Source: Eubacteriales bacterium | Lineage (GTDB): Bacteria > Bacillota > Clostridia > Oscillospirales > CAG-272 | Direction of reading: 5' to 3' | Length of the DNA stretch: 64,000 nt | NCBI GenBank assembly: GCA_045580325.1 | Contig: JAZNNR010000005.1 | Coordinates: 67,504-131,503, forward strand | Part shown: positions 9,165 to 19,500 of the stretch, piece by piece | Layout: each line of letters opens with the position of its first letter | How positions within the stretch are numbered: position 1 is the first letter of the stretch | The notes under the pieces: generated by a model | The model's database searches: none | What the model was told of the DNA's origin: nothing | What the model saw: the letters and a program-made list of their open reading frames with translations, nothing else | Program-made: the position numbers and the translations under genes

Positions 9165-10388
9165 CTATTCGTTTTCGGGATCAGAAGGTGCTTCTTCAGC
9201 AAATTCTTCTGTATTTTCTTCAATCTCGTCAGACTCGTCAGACTCTTCAGACTCTTCGGACTCTTCGGACTCTTCGGAAATCTCTTCGTTTTTAGTAATT
9301 TCCTCAATAATTTCGGGCGCCTCAGAGCTGTTTTCAGTATCAACAGCTTCTGTAATTTCTTCTGTTGTTTCTTCGTCCGTTTCACTTGGTTCAACGGCTT
9401 CGGGGGATAGTTGAATCTCCGCATTTTTTACGGTTTCTTCGATTTCAGAAGAGTTCTTTGTGTAAAGTATATTTACGTCATAGTCGTAATCGGGGTCTTT
9501 TCCGTCCTCGACTTCATAAGAAATATATTTGGGCGAGTCAGAGGTATAAATACATCTTGCGACGTGGCGCTCGCGGTTCTTTATAAACAAAACGATAATA
9601 AGCACAAGGCTTACCATAAAGAGCGCAGCTGCAAGAACCTGTGATACTCTGAAGCTTCCGATATAAAGGCTGTCCTGTCTGAGTCCTTCGATAAACATAC
9701 GGCCAAGTCCGTACCAGGATACTGCCATAAGGAATATCTGTCCGTCAAACTTGCGTTTTTTGAACATAAGCGAGAGAATAATACAGCCTAAAAGATTCCA
9801 AAGCGATTCATACAGGAACGTGGGGTGTACGTAGATAGCCGTACCCGATTCGTAAGAGAGCTTCATACGGCAGAATATGTCAGTTTCCGCGCCGTAAGCC
9901 TCCATATTGAAGAAGTTGCCCCAGCGTCCCATGGCCTGCGCGAGCAGTACGCCCGGGAATCCGCTGTCAAGAAGAGTAAGCACACGCATTTTTTTGATTT
10001 TGAGTGCAATAACAACGCCGATAACGCCGAAAATAAGACCGCCGTATATTGCAAGACCGCCGTTCCATACAGCGATAAAATCAAGAAATTCGCTGTAATT
10101 TTGGGGATTTTTCAGATAATCGAAGAAAACGTAGTAGGCACGTGCTCCGATAACGCCGGGGATAACGGCAGAGAGGGCAAGGTCGATAAGGTCGTCAAAA
10201 ATCAGACCGTGGCGTTTTGCGTGAAGGTATGTATATATGAATGCGGCGATTATTCCGCTGACTATTATTATAGCATACCATCTTACTTCAAGATCTCCAA
10301 GTGAAAAAGCCACGCTGTCAACGTGAAAATCCTTGATACCGAGATCGGGAAAGCCGATATAGTAATATAAAAGTGCAAGTGGCGACAT
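9165..10388 (-). CDS. lgt: Prolipoprotein diacylglyceryl transferase with a ~135-aa acidic C-terminal extension
   Basis: Lgt hallmarks are present: RWYAIIIVSGI, GARAYYV, GGLAIYGG, GRWGNFFNMEAYG. The C-terminal tail is ...EESEESEESEESDESDEIEENTEEF.... Confidence 0.85.
   Translation of the reverse strand: MSPLALLYYYIGFPDLGIKDFHVDSVAFSLGDLEVRWYAIIIVSGIIAAFIYTYLHAKRHGLIFDDLIDLALSAVIPGVIGARAYYVFFDYLKNPQNYSEFLDFIAVWNGGLAIYGGLIFGVIGVVIALKIKKMRVLTLLDSGFPGVLLAQAMGRWGNFFNMEAYGAETDIFCRMKLSYESGTAIYVHPTFLYESLWNLLGCIILSLMFKKRKFDGQIFLMAVSWYGLGRMFIEGLRQDSLYIGSFRVSQVLAAALFMVSLVLIIVLFIKNRERHVARCIYTSDSPKYISYEVEDGKDPDYDYDVNILYTKNSSEIEETVKNAEIQLSPEAVEPSETDEETTEEITEAVDTENSSEAPEIIEEITKNEEISEESEESEESEESDESDEIEENTEEFAEEAPSDPENE
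9223..9276 (-). repeat. 9-bp tandem repeat (GACTCKTCR, 5 full units plus 1 partial) encoding the (S/D)EE tract of Lgt
   Basis: Read directly: ..ctcgtca gactcgtca gactcttca gactcttcg gactcttcg gactcttcg.. Confidence 0.8.
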
Positions 10389-10470
10389 TTTCTCTGTAAT
10401 TCCGATAATAATTAAAAATCGGAAAGTTCTCCTTTTTGTAAATTTATTTGTGTTTTGTTTATTATGTAAA

Positions 10471-10770
10471 TTAAAACTCTATGGATTTATATTGCGGTTG
10501 ATAATCAGTGTGCTGACAAACAATAACAGCTTTTTTGCTACCGGTACAATAATTGTTATTCAGCCATTTTATAAAACCAACTGTTTCAAGATTTGAAACT
10601 CTCTTTTCTCTAGTGAAAACCCAATAATCGGAATCATCTAACGGTGCAGTTGGAATCCAGTTCAAAAAAGCCTGTACTATTTCGTCCAATGTGTTGATTA
10701 TTTCTGACGGTATGGCTACAATATCAACGTCATCATCGACACCATCATATCTTATATTTATTCTAACCAT
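10471..10770 (-). CDS. Hypothetical protein (99 aa), AT-rich orphan gene
   Basis: ORF-track 10471..10782 starts at a TTG. ATG 10770 (MVRINIRYDG..) sits 6 nt after GGAG. No recognisable family. Confidence 0.4.
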   Translation of the reverse strand: MVRINIRYDGVDDDVDIVAIPSEIINTLDEIVQAFLNWIPTAPLDDSDYWVFTREKRVSNLETVGFIKWLNNNYCTGSKKAVIVCQHTDYQPQYKSIEF

Positions 10771-10807
10771 ATTCGACTCCAAATGTATAAACGTTAAATA
10801 TTTTTAA

Positions 10808-12109
10808 TCAGTTATCCTTAGGATAAATCGTTGCAAGTGTGTAATATTCGTTTTTGAACATTTCTACAAGCGTACTGTTTACGTCGCTGGGAGTGATCTT
10901 CTCGAACATTTCAATATAATCGAAAATATCGTAATCCTCCATTATAAACGAGAGAAATTCGTTGGCAATACTTCCGACAGAATCAAATATTCCGATAAGC
11001 GCGCCGTAAGCCGAGCGCAGTACACGGGTAAAGGTTTCCTCACTTATCCCGGTATTCTGCATTTTTTCGATATACTTTTTAAAACGCTCGAATACTTCCT
11101 CGGGGTTCTCAGATTCGCCCGAAAGCTCGATAAAAGAGAAGGCTCTGTTATGCTCGGAGTAGTAAGACAGAGGATTTCTGATAACGCCCTCTTCGTAAAG
11201 GGAAGCCGAAAACTCGGAGCTTTGTCCGAAAAGACATTCGGTAAGAGTTTCCACTATAACGCGCTTTTTAAGGCGTTCAGCGGCTGCTTCGGAAATCTTG
11301 ATATCTTTTATACCGATAGAGAATATCGGCTTTGAAACCTGCATTTTTCGCGTGAAGCGGTCGGATACTACCCCCTCACGCTCCTCAGGCTGTGCCCAAA
11401 TGCTCTCGATCTCAATTTCTGGAGCGACCTTTAACACGTCGTCGCAAACCGAAACAACGTCATTTACGTCGATGTTTCCGCAGACACAAAGAGCCATATT
11501 GTTAAGATTATAGAAGGTGTTGTAGCATTTGTAAAGTATCTCGGGAGTAATCTGAGAAATTGATTTTATAGTTCCGACGATCTCTGTGCGAACGTTGCTT
11601 GAAGCATACATAGCCTTAAGCATACCAAAGAACAGCGCGTTATGCACGTTGTCCTCGTACATACGGATCTCCTGACCGATGATTCCTTGCTCCTTTTCTA
11701 CGTTTTTGTCGGTAAAATAGGGCGACGTTACACCGCGCAGGAGTATGTCAAGCGACGACTTGAAATTCTCCGTACAGGAGAAAAGGTACATCGTGTGCAT
11801 AAAAGAGGTGTAGGCATTTGCCGAAGCGCCTGTGCGCGCGAACTTTTCGAAAAGGTCCTCGCCGTCTTCGTTTTCGAACATCTTGTGCTCAAGAAAGTGC
11901 GCTATTCCGTCGGGAACGCTTACAAACTCGCTGTCCTTACCGATGCGGAAGCAGTTGTCGATAGAGCCGTACTTTGTTCCAAAAAGGGCATAAGCGCTTG
12001 TGAGCTCCTTTGGGAAAACGTATACGGAAAGTCCGCTGGTATGCTTGAAATAATAATATTTTTCGCCGAGTCTTTTGTTCTCGCGGATCTTAATATCATT
12101 TGCGGTCAT
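10808..12109 (-). CDS. M16 (pitrilysin/insulinase) family peptidase
   Basis: GIAHFLEHKMFE matches the HxxEH zinc motif. ATG 12109 is preceded by GAAAGGG. It is paired with a second M16-like gene upstream. Confidence 0.8.
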   Translation of the reverse strand: MTANDIKIRENKRLGEKYYYFKHTSGLSVYVFPKELTSAYALFGTKYGSIDNCFRIGKDSEFVSVPDGIAHFLEHKMFENEDGEDLFEKFARTGASANAYTSFMHTMYLFSCTENFKSSLDILLRGVTSPYFTDKNVEKEQGIIGQEIRMYEDNVHNALFFGMLKAMYASSNVRTEIVGTIKSISQITPEILYKCYNTFYNLNNMALCVCGNIDVNDVVSVCDDVLKVAPEIEIESIWAQPEEREGVVSDRFTRKMQVSKPIFSIGIKDIKISEAAAERLKKRVIVETLTECLFGQSSEFSASLYEEGVIRNPLSYYSEHNRAFSFIELSGESENPEEVFERFKKYIEKMQNTGISEETFTRVLRSAYGALIGIFDSVGSIANEFLSFIMEDYDIFDYIEMFEKITPSDVNSTLVEMFKNEYYTLATIYPKDN

Positions 12110-12123
12110 ATTATTAAACCCTT

Positions 12124-13443
12124 TCACTCGTCATCTTCGTCGGCATCTTCTGCGCTCAAAGTTCCTTTGAGGAAATATACGGTATCAACAGAAAGTCTTG
12201 AAGCCGACGCTATAAGCTCCTCTTTGGTAACAGAAAGAATTTTTTGTGCTACTTCTTCGGGCGAGTCGCTTCTGTCTGCAAAAGACCTTGTAAGATACCA
12301 CGAAACAAGACCCGCGGGGCTGTCAGTAAGCTCTCTGTAAGCATTTATAAGCGATTTTTTTGCGCTTTCTATTTCAAAATCGGATATATCTCCGGCTTTC
12401 AGAGCTTCAAGCTGCTCTAAAATAGCGTTTTTAGCCTTTTCAAAGTTTTCTACCTCAATACCGCTTGCTATCGTCATAATACCCTTAAGCGCATTCGGGC
12501 GCGAGCTGCAATAGTAGCAAAGGCTCATTTTCTCGCGCACGTTCATAAATAGCTTGCTCGTGGGAGAAGAACCGAGAACAGAACTCAGAAGCGAGAAGAT
12601 ATGATAATCGTCATCGGTAAGGCAGTATCCGCTACGCAGACCTATTGTCAGCTTGCCCTGTGCCACGCTCTGTTCCTCGATGACCGTTTTAATTTCACCC
12701 GATGCACATCTTCTTATCTCTGTTTGGGTTTTTACGGAAAGCGGAATGTCGAAATCAGAGAAAATCTCCTTGAATTTTGATATGAGCCGAGAAGTATCCG
12801 CGCTTCCTGCGTAGTATATCTCAACAGCTGTAGCTCCCGGTAGAGCTTTATAATACTCGTAAAGCTCTTTGGCCTGTACGGACGAAACGCTTTCTACAGT
12901 ACCGCTTGGCGAAACCGAAAAGCGTTCGTCTGCACACATAATTTCTTCACAGCGTCTTACTGCGTAAGATGCGGGATTGTTGATACGCGCCTTTATTCTG
13001 CCGCAGAGCTTTGTTTTCTCGCTCTCTACGACGCCCTCGTCAAATCCGCCCTTTTCGTCGGTCAGAGGATTTTTAAGAAGCTCTGATATAAGGTCGGTAA
13101 TTTCACCTAAAATATCGGTGTTATCAAAGGCGTAGCGATTTTCGGGAAAAGAAGAGTAGAGTCCGAAGACGTGAGCCTCGCCCATAAGCATATTCACAGG
13201 GTCAATTGACGCTCCGTAGAGGGACTGAAGTTTTGTGTTCAGCGCCGTCATAGAGGGGTATTTTTCACACGCACGGGTCAGAATTTCAGGAATAAGAGCA
13301 TTTTTCGGAGCATCCTTTTCATTTGCGGGGCGTGAAAAATAGACCGAGAGATATGAGATTTTAAATTTTTCGCTCGGTATCACGTTTAAGGTAACCGAAG
13401 GGTAGAGGCTGATTCTTTTTATCTTGTTCAAATCCCGATTCAC
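12124..13443 (-). CDS. M16 family peptidase-like protein (probable non-catalytic partner subunit)
   Basis: 439 aa, same size and architecture as its neighbour, but I see no HxxEH. The annotated start is a GTG and is uncertain. Confidence 0.7.
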   Translation of the reverse strand: MNRDLNKIKRISLYPSVTLNVIPSEKFKISYLSVYFSRPANEKDAPKNALIPEILTRACEKYPSMTALNTKLQSLYGASIDPVNMLMGEAHVFGLYSSFPENRYAFDNTDILGEITDLISELLKNPLTDEKGGFDEGVVESEKTKLCGRIKARINNPASYAVRRCEEIMCADERFSVSPSGTVESVSSVQAKELYEYYKALPGATAVEIYYAGSADTSRLISKFKEIFSDFDIPLSVKTQTEIRRCASGEIKTVIEEQSVAQGKLTIGLRSGYCLTDDDYHIFSLLSSVLGSSPTSKLFMNVREKMSLCYYCSSRPNALKGIMTIASGIEVENFEKAKNAILEQLEALKAGDISDFEIESAKKSLINAYRELTDSPAGLVSWYLTRSFADRSDSPEEVAQKILSVTKEELIASASRLSVDTVYFLKGTLSAEDADEDDE

Positions 13444-13504
13444 CGACCTTCAAAAAGATTTATTTTATATTATAACATATATTTACAGGATTTTCAACCG
13501 TTAT

Positions 13505-16500
13505 TTAGAGTAAAAGACCTCTATTGCCAAAAAAATTTTCTTTTTCGGGGTCTGTTTTCCTGCCGTTACAGTAGATCTCGACTTTTTTCAGGTCAGCGTT
13601 GAGCCTTGCGCTTATTTCGTAGCTACATCCCCCTCTTGATATTTTTAAATCAAAGCGGTCGAATTTCTCGCACAGGTGCGGAGAAACAGTAAAGCTTTCG
13701 CCGCTGTGCTCGCGGTATCCGAGAAGCTCGTTTATGACTATACGAACAAACCAAGATGCAGAGCCTGTATACAAGCTCCAACCGCCCCGACCGAGATGCT
13801 GCACATTTGAATATACGTCCCCGCAAAGAGCATAAGGCTCGGTTTTATAGCGAAGTGCGGAGGATATTTCAAGAGAGCGTGCGATAGGGTTTATATCAGA
13901 AAGCATTTCATAAGCCTTTTCGTGTTCACCGACAGAGAGCAGTCCCCATACTGCCCAGGTCGCAGCGTGAGTGTACTGTCCGCCGTTTTCTCTGAAGCCG
14001 TCGCAGTATCTTATAATATATCCGGGGTCGTCGCCGATTCCCGAAAACGGTGGAGTAAAGAGCTTAACTACCGAATTTTCTCTGTCCCAAAGCTTTTCAC
14101 ACGCAAGTAGAATAGCCTTTTTCGCACGTGAAGGGTCGCCGCCCGAAATAGCTGCAAATGCCTGCGGGAGAAAATCAATTTCACACTCTCTGTCGCCTCG
14201 CGCACCGAGCTTTTTGCCGCTGTCGTAGAAGCCTCTGATATAACGGTCGCCGTCAAAGGCTTCTTTTTCGAGGGTATCGTATAGCTCTGATGCTATCTCG
14301 CTGTACTTTTTAGCGCCTTCAAGGTCGCCGTAATTCTTGCAAATTACCGTAAAATCGGAAAGTATCATACGCATAAACTGCGCAAGCCAAACCGACTCGC
14401 CCTTGCCCTTATGACCTACGCGATCAAAGCCGTCGTTCCAGTCGCAGCTTCCGATAAGGGGTAGTTTGTGCTTGCCAAAGCGCAAGGCTCTCTCTATCGC
14501 TCTTATACAGTGATTGTATAGGCTCTCTCTGTATTTTGAGCGCACAGGACGCTCGTAACGGGTAAGCTCACCATCTTCAAGCTCTTTTGACTCAATATAC
14601 CTTACCTTTGCGTCGAGTATAGAATAATCGCCCGTAACTCTGAGATATTCGGAAACAGCGTAGGGAAGCCATAAAAGATCGTCAGAACACCTTGAACGCA
14701 GTCCTGCGTGCCATTTTCCGCCGCTTTTGTCAGAATTATGCCACCAGTGTTGTACGTCGCCTTCGGTATATTGATGCGCGGCGGCACGGAATATCTGATA
14801 TTTGCAGAAGCGAGGGTCGTATAACAGGGAAATAAGCGAGTCCTGAAGCTGATCTCTGAATCCGTATGCACCGCTTGACTGATAAAATCCTGTACGCCCG
14901 AAGAGCCTTGCCGTGAAGGTCTGATAAGGAATATAATAATTTATCGCTCTGTCAAGCGAGGCATCAGCGCTTTTTATCTGTATTTTACCAAAAAGATCTT
15001 TGTAAAAATCTCCGTACTGACTAAAGCCGCTCTCAAAATCCTTGGGAGTGGAATATTTTTTTCTCATATGATAGTACGCGCGGTCTGAAGCACTCGGAAA
15101 AATACCGAAAAGGAATCCGTATTTTCTCGAAATTTCTTCTTTTTCCTGCTTTTCACCAAAATCGTACGAGGTCAGAAAAACGGTATGCTCGGAAAGGTGA
15201 GAATCATATCTTCTTCTGAAAAATTCGGTATCTGTATCTTTTTTGCGTATTATAAGACTGGGCGGACAGACCTTTTCGCCAATAACCGGATCTACGCTGT
15301 AAACAAGACTTCCGAAATTATCAAGATCACCCTTGACCTCTGCTGTAAGAAGCTTGACGGGAAGCTTTTTATCCACACCGACCTTTACGGTAATATGAAT
15401 ACCCTCAATTTCGCTTTTGTAAAGAGCGCACCCGTGCTCAAACTCGCAGAAGTACGAAGATGCGATAACGTCATATTTTTTACCGTGTGTGGTAACAAGG
15501 ATAAGCCTCTCACCGCAAATATCCTGTCTGTACGATGAAAAATAAGGAGTAAGCCTCTTTTCCTTGGAGTTGGCAAACCAAGTAAATCCGAGCGAATTTT
15601 GAGTCATAAGCGTACCGAAAACTCGATTTGAATAGATATATGACCATACGAGATCTACACGCTCTTTGTCAACGAGAAAGCCTCTGTCATTAAATACTCC
15701 ACCGTAAACCTCGAGAGCATTTTCGCCTTCAGCTTTACTGTTCTCACACGTCTTTTTTACTATCTCGACGTCATCGTAAGTTCTGAGCGAACGCTTCATA
15801 ACGGTATGGAAAATATCTTCAATGGAAGAATCCTTTTCAAGACGTATAAAAAGCGCGCTGACCGATGAAAACAGGTCTTCAAGGGATAGATCGCCTACTA
15901 AGAAAACTCCGCCGTAGCGGCAAAAAAGCTCCTCGGAACCGCACTCGGATATTATACCCGAAAGGGTATTACGGTTAGTGCTGTTATATCCGTCTGCCTC
16001 GGGAACGATGAATACAAGATCGCTCAGCTTTCCCCTCAGAGTGCATAGCTTGTGGATACGAATGAGGGTACTTGCAATTTTTTTGCACATAGGTGAAAGC
16101 TCGTTTGGTAAAAGCAGGCAAACGATGGGAAGATCTCCCGAGATTCCGTGTGCCCAGAGAGCATTTTTTTCGTACTTTTTATCACTTGCCTGATTATTGT
16201 TCGGGTGGAAATACAGGGATGCGAGATAATCATCGACGTATTTTAAATATCCGGGCGAAATGTTTGCAAGTGCAAGTCTGCTCTGTGAAAGAGAGTACAT
16301 AGACGAGGCAAAAAAGCTGCTGATCGACTTTACTGTGGTCTTTCTTATGCGAACATATTTTCTTAAAATATCCTCGTATGAATTTCCGTAAGCTATAACA
16401 AATTCGCACGAATTTTTCTCCGAACTCTTTATATTTTCGCCCTTAATAATACAGTAAGGCGATATACAAGCACCCGTGCGAGAGGGAAGTTTTCTGTAAA

Positions 16501-19500
16501 GAAGAGCTTTTATATCCTCGGCGGTATAGTTAAGCGGAAGTATATCGCTTCGCGTATCAAATTCCTTTTTTAGAGGATAATTTTCTATCGATATACCAAG
16601 CCACTTGTCGTCTTTTCCGCTTTTTGAGCGTGAGTGATAAATAAGAATATCATGTTCTTCATCATAAAACGCCTCAACCGACAGCGAATCGTAAAAGGGG
16701 TGAGAGGCTCTGTCCTGTGCTTTTGTAAGGACGACCTCAAAGGCTATCATCGGCGTAAGCTCGGAAAATTTGCCGCTAACGTCGAGTTTAACGCAAAAAA
16801 TATCTTCTTCTCGCATCAGAGTAAGTGTCAGGGCTGACGATATTTTTTCCCCCATAACTATTCTCTGATTTTTGAATACTATCTTTGTTCCCGAGTAGTG
16901 CATACTGTCGGGAATAAACTGCAGCGCCTCGCTGTCAATACCGTAAAATACCTGCAAACCGTTTATTACAGAGTACATATCCCGCATATCAAAGGGATCT
17001 CTTGTTATAAGAATGTCCTTGTGTGCAAGCATAATGTGTCCCGCGTCCGATGCTGTGAGCGACGCAGTCTTTGAAGAGATCATACATACAGAGGGTATAT
17101 TTCCGCTTTTAGAAGCACTTTTCAGCGTTCTATCTGTGTTCGGATATCCGCGCGAAACATATTCGGGAATTTGAGCCTGTCTGTGTTTTGATATGCCCGC
17201 ATCTGTCGGGATAGCCTCGCAGAGAAGCTCCTTTACAGATGACATTTCTGGATCTCTCATAAATCTCTTTACAAATATATTGTCAAAACAGAGATTTACC
17301 GCCGAAATTATGCTCATACCGACATGATGCGACATATAGCTTTTTATTATCTCGGGCGAAAATCCTACTCTCGATACAGTAAAATCAAGAGCTTCGTAGA
17401 AGCCGTGCTTACCGTATGCTCCGTGTTTACAGAGCCGTTCGAGGTTCTTTATTGCGGCTTTTTCGGCTATTGCAAGGCAGAGAAATGAAGCGTAAGGCGC
17501 TATTACCTTATCCTTTCCTATCATCGGGTCAAGGGCAAGACGTGAAACTCCGTTTGCGCGGTACTGATAGTTCATAGCGAAATCAAAGGCATAATATCCG
17601 CTTTCTGAGATACCCCAAAAGCCTTTTATACGGTTTTCAATTTGGGCGTTTGCCGCAAAGGCAAGAGCTTCGCCCGAAAAAGAGTTTGCATACGACGGGA
17701 GAAAAAGGTGAGGCATAAAATACTCAAACATACTGCCCGACCAGGACGCAACCCCGATATATCCTCTGCTGCCAATTATCGGACGTCCGAGCCGATTCCA
17801 TGACTTTGCGGGAATTTGACCGTTTGCTACCGCAAAGTAGTAGGTCGAGCGCGCCTCGCTCATATAAAGATCGTAGCAGTTTTCACCCGACACCTCGCCC
17901 GAGGTGTCCATACCGATATAAAAAAGCTTGCGCTTTTTTGAATAAAGAATGGTAAAATCGGTAGAATATGCGATGTTTTTAAGCCTTTCTCTTATATCTG
18001 CAAGCCTTGGCTCGTCCTTTTCATATTCGCTTATACCTTCAATGAGAGTTATAAGCGATACGACGAAATTTCCGCTGTCTACTGTTGAAATATAAGGTGT
18101 ACCGAGGACTGTAAGCTTCTCGGTATCGTACCAGTTATAGAGATGTCCGTGCTTTTTAGGGAGATCTTCTATCGTTAAGAGGGTCTTTTCAAGCTTTGTA
18201 TAAAGAGTATGAGCATCTATAAAACCGCAGTCGCAGGCGGCAAGAGCGGACACGAGATACATTCCGATATTCGTAGGCGAAGTGCGGTGCGCTACGGCAA
18301 ATACAGGCGACTCCTGTACGTTATCGGGTGGAAGATAGTTTTCTTCGATAGTAACGTATGAGTCGAAATAGCTCCACATATCCTTTACCCAAGAAAGAAG
18401 TTTTTCTTTGTTTGCAGAGGATCTGATTTGCTTATAAGGTATATCAAAAGAGAGCAGTAAAAGAATTACGGGGAGAAAGCTCCATAAAAGTCCCATACAT
18501 TTAAGAAGGGGACTTCGCGCAAAAACGAGAGTAAAAAATCCGCAGGTGTAAGAAAGTACGCTCCAAGAGATCTGTGCGAAAAAGCCGCCGCGAGATTCAA
18601 GTGAGGATACCGTCCATTCAAGTGTATGCTTGTGGGTAATACGTGATCGCACAAATCCCTTTGTCAGCGCGTCAAGTGATACGAAAGCGTAAGCGAATAT
18701 TGACGATACACCGAAAAAAATGTCCCATAGCGCACTTCCGACAGATGGTATTACCTGCGAGAAAAAACGTCTGTTTATACCTCTGAGCGATTTGAAAATA
18801 ACGCACAGCGGCGGGATTATAAGATAGGAAAGTGCGGATAGGAGTAAAATATCCTGTGCGCCTGTATATAAAAGAGAAAGCAGAATAAGAGCTCCCGCAA
18901 AAATAGGGACAAGCGCTCTTCTTACGTTGTCTAATATAAAAAATTTTGAAACAGATGATACAGGATTTTTTTCACGCTTTCCGGCTTTGTTATATACGTA
19001 TTTCTTTGCATATAAGGTGGACTGTATATCGCCGCGTATCCATCTATGCAGACGCTTGAAGAAGGATGAAGGACTTGACGGATGCGAGTCGCTGAGGGTA
19101 ATATCGGCAAGTATACCGCAGCGCAGGCGCGAGCCTTCAAGGAGATCGTGGCTCAGTATCAGCTCGTCCCTGAAAGCATCAGGAATAAGCTCACAGTAGG
19201 CATCAACGTCGAAAATACCTTTTCCGCAAAAGATCCCCTCGTTAAAAAGCGACTGATAAAGGTCATACGATGCACTCTGATAGGACATAATGCCGCCTCG
19301 TGTCATAAGTGCTGAAAAATAACTTTTTCCCGCAGAGGCAAGTGAGGTCCGCATATGAGGCTGCATAATAGCGTACCCCGATATGACCCGTCCGTTTTTA
19401 ATTACAGGCTTGTTACTCGGGTGGAGCATAGCCGATACCATATCAAGCACAGCTTTGCTGTAAAGCTTTGTATCGCGGTCGAGGGTTACTACGTATTTTA

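Noticed and set aside
9061-9424. Plus-strand ORF encoding SSDSSDSSDSSDSS (9061..9414), and a minus-strand frame-shifted ORF encoding a PKS-repeat product (9143..9424)
   Set aside because: Both are alternative-frame readings of the 9-bp repeat that encodes the acidic tail of Lgt. The Lgt frame is continuous with the conserved enzyme core.
11642-12340. 232-aa plus-strand ORF spanning the junction of the two M16 peptidase genes
   Set aside because: It is antisense to two well-supported genes and crosses their intergenic junction. It has no RBS or motifs.
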